This document shows, one piece after another, positions 20,291-31,385 of a stretch of DNA of 41,518 nt. Below the pieces are notes generated by a model. The model was given only the letters and a program-made list of their open reading frames with translations. It was not told the origin of the DNA and did not search any database. Location of the stretch: NCBI GenBank assembly GCA_900128585.1, contig LT642177.1:1-41518 (forward strand), given 5' to 3'. Made by a program: the position numbers and the translations under genes. This DNA comes from Stramenopiles sp. TOSAG23-3 (lineage: Eukaryota). Position 1 is the first letter of the stretch. Each line of letters opens with the position of its first letter.

Positions 20291-21571
20291 ATGAGTGCAG
20301 AGGGCAAGCCTGGACTGTCATCCGCGTCACTCGAGTCCGGGTCTTCTGAAATAGATTTGCCATTTTACTTGACGCTTAACACGAAAAGTCACGCTGCGAA
20401 GGATTTACGAGCTTGCATAGACTTTCCAAACAAATTAGATGATGTAGAGATTCCCGATATTAGGGGCTCATTGGATTACTTGTCCCCAGTAAGGTCAACG
20501 ACCTTCAAAAACTACGACGTACCAAACGAGTTAGAGTGGCAGCTGCGACGAAAAAAAGATGATCCTGGTCCTGGTGGGTGCGACCTGCGCAAAATAGAAA
20601 TTCCTGGGGGCACGTTTAGTCAAACCCCGAAGAAGAAGAAGGCGGTAGACAAAGACAACCACTTAGGCCCTGGATTCTACCAGCCCACGTTAGGAGTGTT
20701 CAACAAGAAGACTATAAAAGGTGGCACGTTTTCAAAGCTGCCAAATATAAATGCAACGGAACAAGCTCTGCGGAAAGGGTCCGAGACGCCCGGGTATTAC
20801 CATACAGAACTGCCTCTTTGCGCCCCTTGCACGGTCAATTACAGCATTGTAAACGTTGGGCGCAAACCATCAGTTGAAATTCCTCCTGCTGCAAAGGTGT
20901 TGGAAACCGACACCTTCGGGAGTGGGCGGAGTGCAATTATTAGAAAGAAAAGTTCGTTGGTAGAAAAAATAGGAAAATTCAAAATTTTAATGGAAAACCA
21001 GGCGGAATATTTCATCGACTCAAAGTTGAAGGAGAGGGAGGCCAATCCAAACGGGGAAAAGTACATAAAATCTCCCGTTGGAAAGTGCCAGATAATGCGG
21101 TCCGCCTTAAAGCGACTCACCGACAGGATCGTCAAGACCATCGACGAGGCAGGCGAAAAAGAAATGTTTCGTTTGCACCAGAAAAAGTCTTCCAACGATA
21201 TCATTAACGACGAGCGGAACAGGCGAGCGAGAGCAGACAGGAGAGTCACCGAGGCTTTAATTAAAGACTTGCTAACGCGGCAGAAGAGGCTGCAGACGGC
21301 GTATCATATGGCTCTGAGAAAGGCTGGGATGAAAGTTGAAAACACTGGTTTTCCAGACTTAGAAGACGACCTTGATTTTTTCTCTGACAGCGAAGAGGAA
21401 ACGGAGGGAGGGAACGTTCTCGAGTATAACAATGGTTTGGTCTTCCTGGACGAACCGCCGCGGCCGACAGTTGCGCCCCCTGAAGACAGAGTCTACAGCG
21501 AAAAAGATAGACTCGCAGAGGTAACTCTAAAAACTCATGGGGCGGTCCTTTTTCAGAACATGGCGCTCTGA
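20291..21571 (+). CDS. SHIPPO / sperm-tail PG-rich repeat protein, probably ciliary. The true 3' end may be spliced to 21874-21987.
   Basis: DPGPGG, LGPGFYQP and TPGYYH repeats with GGTFS motifs. Coiled-coil and acidic C-terminus. Confidence 0.65.
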   Translation: MSAEGKPGLSSASLESGSSEIDLPFYLTLNTKSHAAKDLRACIDFPNKLDDVEIPDIRGSLDYLSPVRSTTFKNYDVPNELEWQLRRKKDDPGPGGCDLRKIEIPGGTFSQTPKKKKAVDKDNHLGPGFYQPTLGVFNKKTIKGGTFSKLPNINATEQALRKGSETPGYYHTELPLCAPCTVNYSIVNVGRKPSVEIPPAAKVLETDTFGSGRSAIIRKKSSLVEKIGKFKILMENQAEYFIDSKLKEREANPNGEKYIKSPVGKCQIMRSALKRLTDRIVKTIDEAGEKEMFRLHQKKSSNDIINDERNRRARADRRVTEALIKDLLTRQKRLQTAYHMALRKAGMKVENTGFPDLEDDLDFFSDSEEETEGGNVLEYNNGLVFLDEPPRPTVAPPEDRVYSEKDRLAEVTLKTHGAVLFQNMAL

Positions 21572-22274
21572 CAACAGCGCACCGTATGGACAAAACACCA
21601 GAGTAACAACAAAATGAACGAACACCCTGTGACGGAACAGCGGGAAGGGAAGACGGGCCACATTTTTGAAGCAAAAAAAAAGGTGGCGGGAAGGAAGAGA
21701 GGGCGACATTTAAAAAAAGCTAAAAAACATTTACGAAACAAAACAATATTGCGATAAAACTGCGTTCGTGTGTACCCTAAAATAGTACGATTTAATCACC
21801 GGAAATGGGTTTGTATATTATGTATATTCGCTGTATTTACTTTTCTATACTCGCTCTCACTCACATTTTGCAGGGCCTATCGTCTCAAATTCCAGGCATT
21901 TCTTTGTATACCAGGGTGGAGGTCCCCAAATTTGATTCAGTGCGGTGTCCAACACCAGCTAATCCTGAAAAAGGTGGGTCCCATTAATTTTGTTCAGTGT
22001 GGTTTTAACTATATTTTGATCCACCCTACAAAAGAGCCTTGGGTCTAAAGCAATCGAACCGACATGCCATACAGATTTTACCAGACGCAACCAGGAGCAG
22101 CGCAAAAAATAAAAACAGCAAAACTAACGAACGATCAAAGGTGAAACCCCAATAGCAAATTGCGAACGAAGGGCACTGCACGGCGGTGCCCCGCTCGAAA
22201 ATGCTAGAAGCATATCAACTTTTCGCTTTTTTAGCCTCTATTGTTCTACCAAGCTTGAAAGAAAACAAATGAGC

Positions 22275-23339
22275 TTAGGCCTGTTTAACAGTTTTTGCAG
22301 CACCTGCGGCATCGCCAAATTTCTGTTGGGAGTATTTTTTGTTGATGGCTTGCAAGTTTGCCGTACCAGTGCCCTGGACAATGTTAACAATGTCTTGGGC
22401 ACATGGCATGATGCTGGCAAGGTCGTATTTGCTGTAGTGTTGTAGAGTGCTGGTCCATGGGTTGGCGGTGTTGACGGCTTTCAATGCCAAGTACACCGCT
22501 GCGGCTGAGATGGTCGATGGCTTGTATTTCAACATGCTGTAGTCGCATAGTGTCTTCTCGCAAAAGTAGTATGCAATCAATTTGGTGCGGGTGTCACATT
22601 GGGCGGCTTTGATGAAGCGGACCAAAAATTTGTAGTGGGTTGGTACGGTCAACTTGAATCCCAAGGTGTTTACGATAGAGCTCTCCATTTTCAAAATTTG
22701 GCCACGAGTGTAAGCTTTGTCTGTAACATAGACCAAGTCACGAACCTCAGGTGGGTAAATCTCTTCGTACTTTGCCGCAAGAAGCAAGCAAGTGACGCCA
22801 AGAAGCTGAAGCTTGCTGCGGCTCACTTGGGCACGCTCCAAGTAGCGGTCGATGATGTTGACGCAAAGGTAGAGGGTCTCGGTTTTCAACCGGAATTTCA
22901 AGTGAACTTCGACCAACCAGTCGATCAAAATGGCGCGCATCTTCTCGTTTATGTCCGCTTGCTTTGTAATATAACTTGGTTTTGGCCCTGCTTTACCTTC
23001 CGTTGCGAAGAAATGCTCGTAGATCTCGTTGACGTACGCCACGCACGCTTGCGGGTTCTTTGCGTCGGCGGCGTCAATGTCCACCCAGTTCTGCGCGGAT
23101 GGGGCGACGCGTCCGGAGCGAGCAGTCGGGCGACCGACGGCACGGGAGGAAACTGGCGGGGACGGGCGATGCGTTGAGTTTGCACTAAGGTCAGAAAACT
23201 GTTTTGTAACGCGCTGAACACCACTGGTAGCGTTGTTGCTAATATCACCAAGGGCACGGCGAGTTCCTGCGGCCGTCCCGTAGTTCTTCTCGCGAACGTT
23301 CTCGCGAAGCTGGTATCTGTTTGAATGGTTGTTGAACAT
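22275..23339 (-). CDS. CYCB: Mitotic cyclin (A/B family, most likely B-type)
   Basis: Destruction box RRALGDISN. Cyclin box MRAILIDWLVEVH...LQLLGVTCLLLAAKYEEIYPP. C-terminal cyclin fold. First ATG at 23339. Confidence 0.93.
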   Translation of the reverse strand: MFNNHSNRYQLRENVREKNYGTAAGTRRALGDISNNATSGVQRVTKQFSDLSANSTHRPSPPVSSRAVGRPTARSGRVAPSAQNWVDIDAADAKNPQACVAYVNEIYEHFFATEGKAGPKPSYITKQADINEKMRAILIDWLVEVHLKFRLKTETLYLCVNIIDRYLERAQVSRSKLQLLGVTCLLLAAKYEEIYPPEVRDLVYVTDKAYTRGQILKMESSIVNTLGFKLTVPTHYKFLVRFIKAAQCDTRTKLIAYYFCEKTLCDYSMLKYKPSTISAAAVYLALKAVNTANPWTSTLQHYSKYDLASIMPCAQDIVNIVQGTGTANLQAINKKYSQQKFGDAAGAAKTVKQA

Positions 23340-23343
23340 TTTT

Positions 23344-23525
23344 CTGAATAGCCGTGGAAGCAAGTGGCGAAAATTTTGTTAGGCACAGTCGTTCAGGGAT
23401 TGATGTAAAAGCAGGCAGAAGTGCTTTCAAGCAGGGGGATGAGTACGAAACCGCGAGTACGTTCGAGTCGAAGCACGTTGCGAGGATTGGACGGCGGTGT
23501 TGGGGGGGGGGGCTCTCTGACTTAC
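23344..23525 (-). other. Putative 5'UTR intron of the cyclin gene (182 bp)
   Basis: On the minus strand: GTAAGT donor at 23525, CCTAAC branch point at 23383-23378, and TTCAG acceptor 4 nt before the ATG. Confidence 0.7.
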
Positions 23526-24664
23526 GTTTTGGTGGGTTTAAGCTAAGCTAACTTTAAATATGATGTTGTTCTGGTAGTAACTGTTTGAAGAGTTGTCTGC
23601 TAAATATCGTTTATAGTATTTTGAAAGTCCTATTTTGAGTTTGTTTACTTTGTCATTTGTTTCTACCACTTTGTGTAACATTTTATCTATGCACGAAACA
23701 CATACATACATACAAACGTGTTACGTATGTGGATGAAACTAGTATTATATACTACTGTAGTAGAAAAGTGGAAGAAGCAAGAAGAAGAAGTATTTTTTTT
23801 TTATTATCCTATTATCTTCTTCTACTCCTCTTCTCTTCCTCCATTCATCATTCATCATTTTCATTTTAATGGGTGGGTACAATAGGAGTATAAATAATCT
23901 CATGAACCAAAAAAAAAAAAAAAGAAGAAGATATGAAAAAATAATTTTATTTAATGGTATGTTCCTGTTATTCATAAAATTAATTCTAACAATGCATCCA
24001 ATATTTTCCCTTGCCCTCCTTCGCCAACCAACGTCTCAATATTTTTCATTTCAATTTTATTTCCATTAAATTAAGGAATATTATTTATATAATTTTCCCT
24101 ATGAATTATGATTTAATACTAATTATATTATATATGAAAACATTTATATGTTAATGTTATGATTATACCCTTACTCAAAATAAGCATCTGACCGATTGCT
24201 TTTTGTTTTTAATGATGGACTAAAACAATTATTATATAGGTAAATACAACATTTATACGATATTTAAGTACGTTTATGAAACGGAAGACAACGTCCTTAC
24301 ACCGTCTTTTTTCGAGTTAAAAATGAACCAATTAATAGGACACACCATTGAAAAGGCGCAAAAAACCATTCCATTAGAATACAATATAATTATACTTTTA
24401 AAATACATATATCCTATCATTCATTTCAGTCGGTTTCGTTTGCTTTTTTTTGGCGGAGAGAAAGAAAAAAATAAAAACTTTTGTTTCATGAGAGAAGAGA
24501 GAAGAGAGAAAAACACTTTTCTTTTTTTTAATTTTATTTACGCGCCTTTTCTAAATTATAATCCTATGCTATACAGAGTACGTACGTAGTACAAATAGAA
24601 CCCTTGCTTAGCTTGGGTGAATGAATGAATTATATTAGACGAATATTTTAAATTATACGCTGCA

Positions 24665-24790
24665 CTCTCTCTTTTCTTCTCTTTTCTTTTCTTTTCTTTT
24701 CTTCTCTTCTCTTCTCTTCTCTTCTCTTCTCTTCTCTTCTCTTCTCTTCTCTTCTCTTCTCTTCTCTTCTCTACTCGCCTTCTTCTTTTC
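24665..24790. repeat. (CTTCT)n/(CTTTT)n pentanucleotide microsatellite
   Basis: Directly visible tandem. Confidence 0.95.
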
Positions 24791-25291
24791 TTAAAATTAG
24801 AAAACACTTTTTTTACTATTAGAGCGAATGAATGTACGTAGTAGAAGAAAGAAATAGAACCACCAACGACAACTATAAAACGTTGGTAAGAAAAAGGAAG
24901 GAAGGAATGTGGAAGGAGGTACCTATTAATGTAACAACCGAACAGTACCTCTGGTTTTAATTAACTATATAATTTTATATTTGTAACTGTTCCTCCGTAT
25001 TTATTTTATTTGGACTTTATATCCGTAATACCGGTGTAATACATCCTCGTATTGTAATATAGAGATTATAATGAAGACAAGTGATTTTATTTTATTTCTA
25101 TTAATTATTAACAAACACAGTATTGGAATAAAAATAAAATAATAGAATTGGAATCATCTTCCCTTTCCCCAACTTTGGTTTCATTTTAAAAAAATGTTAA
25201 AAACAAATCATTAAAATCGTAGCATATACTATACAATGTAATATTAATGATCTGTCATTACTTAAATAAGTATTCGACTATTATTTATTAT

Positions 25292-25297
25292 AGAGAG

Positions 25298-25332
<35 letters not shown>

Positions 25333-25336
25333 GAGA
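25292..25336. repeat. (GAGAGAAA)n purine tandem
   Basis: Directly visible tandem. Confidence 0.85.
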
Positions 25337-25814
25337 TGACTTTATTTAGAAGAAGAAAGAAGAACCAACCCTATTTTGAACTCATTCCTTTCTTCCGTTG
25401 TGAGTTTCGTTATTTTTTATAATAATAAAAATAAATAATAATAAATTATTAAAAAGAAGAAGAAGAAGTACAGTATTATAATAATTTATTTGATTATTAT
25501 TATATAATTATAATACCAAGGAAGGAGGGTAGAAATAATAATATATTTTGATTGATTGAAGTATTATTATAATAAATAAAATAATAAAAAAAGAAGGAAG
25601 AAGGGAACGACAAGCAAACCAAAGGGATGATAAATAAAAGAAATAGAATAAAATATAGACAGATTGATGGCAAACTAAGATCGTTTCTTTCGAAAAGTTG
25701 TGCTCGTTTGACTTGTTTATTAGTGTTTTAATAATTAACAAACACCGTGTGTCAAACAGGACGTACGTACATTTAGACGTGTTGCGTTAGGCCAAAAACG
25801 GTTACACCATTACC

Positions 25815-27653
25815 ATGGCTTTCATAGGTCGGACGCCAAACAACGTTGCCGCCCGGCGTGCGCGGCAGCGGCAATATAAGGACGAGCTTGACAAGCAAGT
25901 TATGTTGCAGAACATGAAGAAGAATAGCAATAGAGACGACCCTGCTGGCAGCAGTGCCTGGAACCAACGTGCTAATAATTACCCCCCGCCCAGCGGTAAC
26001 CCCCGCAACCTTGGGGAGGACTTGGCTAGAAAGTATGAGCGGGAGTTTGGTTTGAACAACAATAGAGGCGGCGCCCCGCCGCCACAAGGTCTAGATAAGA
26101 TACGGGGCGAGATTGCGGAGCGGTTTCGATACTTATCGAGAGCGTTTCTGAGTGCGGACGTTGACCGTTCCGGGTTTTTAGACGTCGGTGAGATTCGGCG
26201 ACTGTGCAACTTATACAATATTCCCCAAACGGATGTCGACGGGGTCTTGAGGTTTGCGGACGTGGACGGAAACGGACGAATTTCGTACAACGAATTCGCC
26301 GAGCGGCTGAGCCAGCCCGACTACCCCGGTCGTCAAATGGGGCGGAACATACCAAACAATGACGGGTACGGGGGTGGCGGCTTTCGTAAGCCGGAGAACT
26401 CTTACAGGGGCGTGTTGCCCTCTGGGGCGCACCTTGCCCCGCCGAGGAACAACCTCGACGCCATGTGGAACGGCCGCCCAGGGAGCAACGAGGCGCGCTC
26501 GAAGGCGCGAAAGAAGCAACAATGGCTCGACGATTTAAACCGGCAAGTCCAGGAAAAGAAGAACAGGGAGAAGCAGTCGAAGATCACCGAGGCTCGCGCC
26601 GAGGAGCGCGCAAGGAAGCAGGCGCTGGCGTACAACCCGTACGGGCGAGGGGGCGGGGGCGCGCCGCTTCGGGACGACAGCGGCCATATGGTCACCGATT
26701 TAAGGGAGGTCCACGGAGCTGCGAAGACGGGGGGGCTGTCCCCGAAGAGCAACATGGCCCGGCCGTACGTGCACCAAGACCAGGGGGGGCAGAGCATGAT
26801 GGCCGAATCGATGGCAACCCCGAGCTATGAAGTTAATGCAAACACAGGGCGAATCATGACCCCGCCCGGGGGCTTTGGGCGCTTGGCCTACCTTGCCCCA
26901 GAACAGCAGCGTGAGATTCAAGAGGCCGACAGGAAGCGGAACGAACTGCGCCAAACGCTAAGGATCCAAATGGAGATGAAGAAGCGACAGAAGCAGATCG
27001 AACAAGAGAAGAAAAAAGCTGAAGAGAGGCGAGAGGAGACACGGGTCGAGAGGGAGAGGCAAGAGATTTTAAGCGCGTACCAAAGGGAGCACCGGGACAA
27101 CGAGACAAAAAAGGCGGAGAAATCCGCAGCAGAAGACGCGGAAAAGGTTAGGCAGCAAATGAGGCAGCAGTCTGTTCAAAAAAAGCGGGGTACCGTAGAC
27201 GATATTTTTGCAAACAAGCAGGCCCCTCCCCGAACCCCTCCCTCTAAGGACGATGGGTCTGGGAACCCAAACTCCCGCACAATCGGAATAGGGAGACTTC
27301 GGCGGGACCTGAACAAGCAGCACGAAGCACTCTTGCAGCAACTGGCCGAACAGCGCACCACCATCGCATCCTTGCAGAACCAGCTGCAGGAGTTCTACAA
27401 AGGCGACATGACCAATATGGTTGGCCAAGAGTTGCGGGGGTCGAGTTACGCTTCCCCGGGCGGAAAGTTGGGGGGGAAAAGCGAATTTATTAATTTTCGA
27501 GGAGTGGACAGCGAAAAGAGGCGCGGCCCCAGCCCCACGCAGCCGTCGTTTCACGTGAACATGGACGAACCGGACGAATTGGACGCCTTGTTGACGGCCT
27601 TTGTACACCGAAAGTCAATGTTTTCCAGGTCGGCAAAGAAAATACGGCGGTAG
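25815..27653 (+). CDS. EF-hand plus CSPP1/CCDC66-like coiled-coil centrosome/cilium protein (612 aa)
   Basis: EF hands DVDRSGFLDVGE and DVDGNGRISYNE. YNPYGRGGGGAPLRDDSG resembles the CSPP1/CCDC66 motif. Repeated LxxQ helices (YKDELDKQ, WLDDLNRQ). Confidence 0.75.
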   Translation: MAFIGRTPNNVAARRARQRQYKDELDKQVMLQNMKKNSNRDDPAGSSAWNQRANNYPPPSGNPRNLGEDLARKYEREFGLNNNRGGAPPPQGLDKIRGEIAERFRYLSRAFLSADVDRSGFLDVGEIRRLCNLYNIPQTDVDGVLRFADVDGNGRISYNEFAERLSQPDYPGRQMGRNIPNNDGYGGGGFRKPENSYRGVLPSGAHLAPPRNNLDAMWNGRPGSNEARSKARKKQQWLDDLNRQVQEKKNREKQSKITEARAEERARKQALAYNPYGRGGGGAPLRDDSGHMVTDLREVHGAAKTGGLSPKSNMARPYVHQDQGGQSMMAESMATPSYEVNANTGRIMTPPGGFGRLAYLAPEQQREIQEADRKRNELRQTLRIQMEMKKRQKQIEQEKKKAEERREETRVERERQEILSAYQREHRDNETKKAEKSAAEDAEKVRQQMRQQSVQKKRGTVDDIFANKQAPPRTPPSKDDGSGNPNSRTIGIGRLRRDLNKQHEALLQQLAEQRTTIASLQNQLQEFYKGDMTNMVGQELRGSSYASPGGKLGGKSEFINFRGVDSEKRRGPSPTQPSFHVNMDEPDELDALLTAFVHRKSMFSRSAKKIRR

Positions 27654-27901
27654 AGTTCATAGAGTCCGTATTTGCCCGTCTGTACAAATTTCTCTTTACG
27701 ATTTTACGACGAAGTAAACTCTCGAACATTGTCTTTCATGGTACACACGTTAATCTTTTTTAAAAAAATATAAATTTAATAAGGTCTTAACAACTTCCAA
27801 ACATTAAAAAACGTGATGCCTTGGGTTCAAATAATGCCCTAAAAGTAAAAAGTTCATCAAAACACTTCATGTTGTGTGAAAAACAAGAGTTTTTCGCGTG
27901 C

Positions 27902-29131
27902 TCAGGCCTTGCTGATGGCCTCTCGTTCGAACTGGCCGACAAGCGCCCTGATTGAAGTCTGAAAGGACCCGTCTACGCCCTTTATGTCTTGAACCAAGTC
28001 CCCATCCATGCTTGACTGGTTGTCAAACTTGACTGACACTTCATAGTCCCCGCAAGCATCCGTACTAAGGTCCGGGTATACGATGGATCCGGAGTGGCTA
28101 GCATTTCCGTCCTCGTTCACTGCACACCACCGCAGCTCCACATTGAATTCAAACATGAAACGTTTCTTCCCGCGTAGAACCAGCACTTGGGCCTCCCCCT
28201 CTAATTTCTTTACGTCGGTAATTTTCAGAGAATATTCTTTGAACAGCGACACTGTGCTTCCGTCCAACAATTCTTTTAACCGACCTTTCGCCCACTTGTC
28301 CATGTTTTTTTCCTCGTACGTTCCACCATTGTTCCAAGCGCTCCCAGCACCACTCGCCGGGGCAACTTTGGGCTCGACCGGAGTCGTAATTTTCTTCGGT
28401 GCTATGCTCCCTATCAGCTTCTTTGCCTCGTCGTCGATGTCCCTGTGAAAAAATGATGTCGTTTTGCCGTCCTTCGTCGTTTTGTACCCACGAATTTTCT
28501 CGCTTTCAGAAACATCCTCGACGATGACGTCTTCACCCCCGAGCTTTTCGCTCTTTCTTTGAATCGCACGGGCGCTGTCCGACGTCGCCGCCTTTGCAGT
28601 GCTGGCAGACGATACGGTCGGGCTGCTGCTGCTCGCTTCGGCTTTTACGGCGGCCGCTTCTTCCTCTTCTTTCGATATTTTCTCCCCAAGTGCACGGGCT
28701 TTTTTCAGTGCTTTTTCCACCGCCTTGTTCTTTTTGCCTTCCAGGTTTAGGCTGGTTTCAAACGCAAATACGGCGGCGTGCGGCCTCTTGAGTCCCATCA
28801 GTGCATTACCCTTTCTAAAGAAACCCTTGGCCCACCCGGGAGAGCACTTGATCGCCGCCTCGGCGTCCGTCAGGGACTCTGAAAACTTCCCCATGGTGTG
28901 GTACACTGCCGACCGGTTCCCATACAGGGCGTGCATGCTGCCGTCTAGCTCGATCGCCCGACTGTAAAGAATATTTGCTTCTTCCATTCTCCGTGCACCA
29001 AAAGCTTTGTTGCCCCTAGACTTTAGCTCCACCACCAACCTTTCCCGCTGATCATCCGAGGTCGGCGTCTGGTTCAGCACGTCCCCGTGCATATTCGCAA
29101 AAGGGTTTTGTTCGTTCATCATGGAAGCCAT
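27902..29131 (-). CDS. TPR plus Aha1 N-terminal-domain Hsp90 co-chaperone-like protein (409 aa)
   Basis: Carboxylate-clamp TPRs (LKSRGNKAF, LYGNRSAVY, WAKGFFRKG). SAWNNGGTYEEKNMDKWA and RGKKRFMFEF are typical of the Aha1_N domain. Confidence 0.85.
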   Translation of the reverse strand: MASMMNEQNPFANMHGDVLNQTPTSDDQRERLVVELKSRGNKAFGARRMEEANILYSRAIELDGSMHALYGNRSAVYHTMGKFSESLTDAEAAIKCSPGWAKGFFRKGNALMGLKRPHAAVFAFETSLNLEGKKNKAVEKALKKARALGEKISKEEEEAAAVKAEASSSSPTVSSASTAKAATSDSARAIQRKSEKLGGEDVIVEDVSESEKIRGYKTTKDGKTTSFFHRDIDDEAKKLIGSIAPKKITTPVEPKVAPASGAGSAWNNGGTYEEKNMDKWAKGRLKELLDGSTVSLFKEYSLKITDVKKLEGEAQVLVLRGKKRFMFEFNVELRWCAVNEDGNASHSGSIVYPDLSTDACGDYEVSVKFDNQSSMDGDLVQDIKGVDGSFQTSIRALVGQFEREAISKA

Positions 29132-29429
29132 TGTTATTTATTTAAAACGTAATACACAACTTTTTCTTTTCTCTTTCTTCTTCCTCATCTTAACAATGAA
29201 ATATTATGTCCACATCATTTTGTAATCCCTTTGAATAACTTTCTCATCCCCTCCCCCCTTCTTCTTTACTGTGTTTCTGAATTACCTACAGTCATGTACA
29301 CGAGTCGAGGAGTATAATAATATAAATAAAAAATAAGTACTTCAGCCATTCATTCTCATTCTCACATTCTATGCTATTCAATCATCAAAATATATTTAAT
29401 TCTAAAAAATGAAAAAAAAATGAATAAAG

Positions 29430-29575
29430 AGAAGAGAAGAAGAAGTAAAAAAAATAGGAGAGGAAGAAGGAAGAAGAAAAAAAGCTTCGATTGAAATTCG
29501 CGAAGAAGAAGAAGAAGAAGAAGAAGGAAGAAAGAAGAAGAAGAAGAAGAAAGAAGAAAGAAGAAGAAAGAAAGA
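29430..29575. repeat. (GAA)n-rich low-complexity tract
   Basis: Directly visible purine tract. Confidence 0.9.
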
Positions 29576-29784
29576 ACGGGAATTTCCTCCATTCGTAATA
29601 TCCTCGTATATTACATAGCATAGCATCAATATAAAATCCCAAAACGATAATAATATCTCTTATCATAACATAGACTACGTAGTCTAATAATAAACTTAAT
29701 TAAGGTCAGGCAGCGGGGAGCGGGGCGGACGGCGAGAAGGGAAGAAGGGAAGAAGAACGGAGGAGATATTTTTTAAAATTATTA

Positions 29785-29945
29785 TTTTTTCTTCTTTCTT
29801 TTTTCTTTCTTCTTTCTTCTTTCTTCTTTCTTCTTTCTTCTTTCTTCTTTCTTCTTTCTTCTTTCTTCTTTCTTCTTTCTTCTCTTCTTTCTTCTTTCTT
29901 CTTTCTTCTTTCTTCTTTCTCTTCTTTCTTCTTTCTTCTTTCTTC
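29785..29945. repeat. (TTCTTTC)n-type pyrimidine microsatellite
   Basis: Directly visible tandem. Confidence 0.92.
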
Positions 29946-30139
29946 ACACTCGTCGGACGACGACGGAAAAATATCTATATAATTGATTTTTTTTCAGATT
30001 TACAGACCAACCAAAAAAGAAATGAATCTGGATGGATACCGCTTAAACATTGAACATTTATTATTATTAAAGTATATGTAGATATCACTTAGTCTATAAA
30101 ACCGAGGGGTTTTGTTCTTGCTGTTTTATTTTTTTGAGT

Positions 30140-30814
30140 ATGTTACGCACCGTTTTAAACGTCTCCCCACGGTTGTTGTTCTCGCAAGGAAGACGAGCGT
30201 TGGCCTCGTTGGAAAAAGGTGTGGGTTCCGATGGTACACTTTCTTCCTTTGAAGCAGACAAGTCAGCGCTAGATGATATGTTGCGCGCGTACTCTGAAGA
30301 CCCGTCGCTAACCGAGCAGGTAGATAATTTTTCTAAAGTAGTAGCAGAAGCGCCGGGTGTGAAGATAACTGGCATTGGAAAGTCAGGTTACGTAGGGCGA
30401 CGGATGGCGGCGACGTTAGCTTCGGTAGGGATTCCCGCGCACTTTGTGCATGGGACAGAGTGGGTGCATGGAGACTTAGGGGCATTGAAGCCATCCGAGA
30501 TTGTAGTCGCTATTTCTCATTCTGGTAAAACGAACGAGCTGCTCCACCTGGCGCCCTTTGTGAAAGAAAAGGGTGCAATTTTCTGTGCTATGGTCGGCTT
30601 TACTGACACACCGCTAGGCAACTTGGCCGAGCCTTTCACGGTGATCGCTGGCCCTGTAAATTCAGAAATTTTGGGCTCTGTACCATCCAGAAGCATCGTG
30701 GTGCAAGAAGCACTCATTAACGCCATTGCCACAAACGTCATTAACTTAAACAACTTCAAACCCAATGGTTTCAAGAAGAACCATCCCGGGGGTGCAATTG
30801 GTGCTTCCCCTTAA
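30140..30814 (+). CDS. Stand-alone SIS-domain sugar-phosphate isomerase, KpsF/GutQ (arabinose-5-phosphate isomerase) family, no CBS domains, predicted mitochondrial presequence
   Basis: ITGIGKSGYVG, HGDLG, ISHSGKTNEL, and a terminal HPGGAIG. N-terminus MLRTVLNVSPRLLFSQGRRALAS is Arg/Ser/Leu-rich with no acidic residues. Confidence 0.88.
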   Translation: MLRTVLNVSPRLLFSQGRRALASLEKGVGSDGTLSSFEADKSALDDMLRAYSEDPSLTEQVDNFSKVVAEAPGVKITGIGKSGYVGRRMAATLASVGIPAHFVHGTEWVHGDLGALKPSEIVVAISHSGKTNELLHLAPFVKEKGAIFCAMVGFTDTPLGNLAEPFTVIAGPVNSEILGSVPSRSIVVQEALINAIATNVINLNNFKPNGFKKNHPGGAIGASP

Positions 30815-31385
30815 AATCTTTAGAAGAGCAATAATTTAGTGTCTAAAAAATAATAGAAGCGAGCGAGAGAAGAGGAGGAAACAGGATACAGAGGAGGTGG
30901 TGGTGGGTGGTGGTAGTCGAATTTAATAATAGAAAATATCTTATTTTTATTGTAAAACCCAATTAAGGAATATTTAAATATATTGAGAATATCAAGTTTT
31001 TATGTTATCTTAAATATTATATTAAAGTATAAAAATATATACAAAAATGAATTATTATGACATACGAAGCGTTAATTAAAATATTTCTATTTATCGTATC
31101 CTTAATTTTCATCAAAATATTTTTTTAATATCTCTTCTTCTTATAGGCTTAGGCTTTTTTTTCTTCCTTCTCTTCTCTTCTAGATCTATATCTTCTTCTT
31201 CTTCTTTTTTTTTTTTCTTCTGCATAACAATGATGTAATGAATGTTAAAAGTAATATTGAAAAAGAAATATGTACGAATGGTCAACAAATTTGCGGAAGT
31301 AATTCCAACGAAAACTTGTGCTAACATTTCGAAAATTCTTTTGATTTTATAAACAGTAAAGAAAGGACCAGGCTGTCTTTTTGTT

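Noticed and set aside
23657-25741. Short intergenic ORFs, including the EEKRR-repeat ORF
   Set aside because: AT-rich or microsatellite-derived, with no domain signal.
29374-29947. Low-complexity ORFs
   Set aside because: Derived from GAA/TTC tracts.
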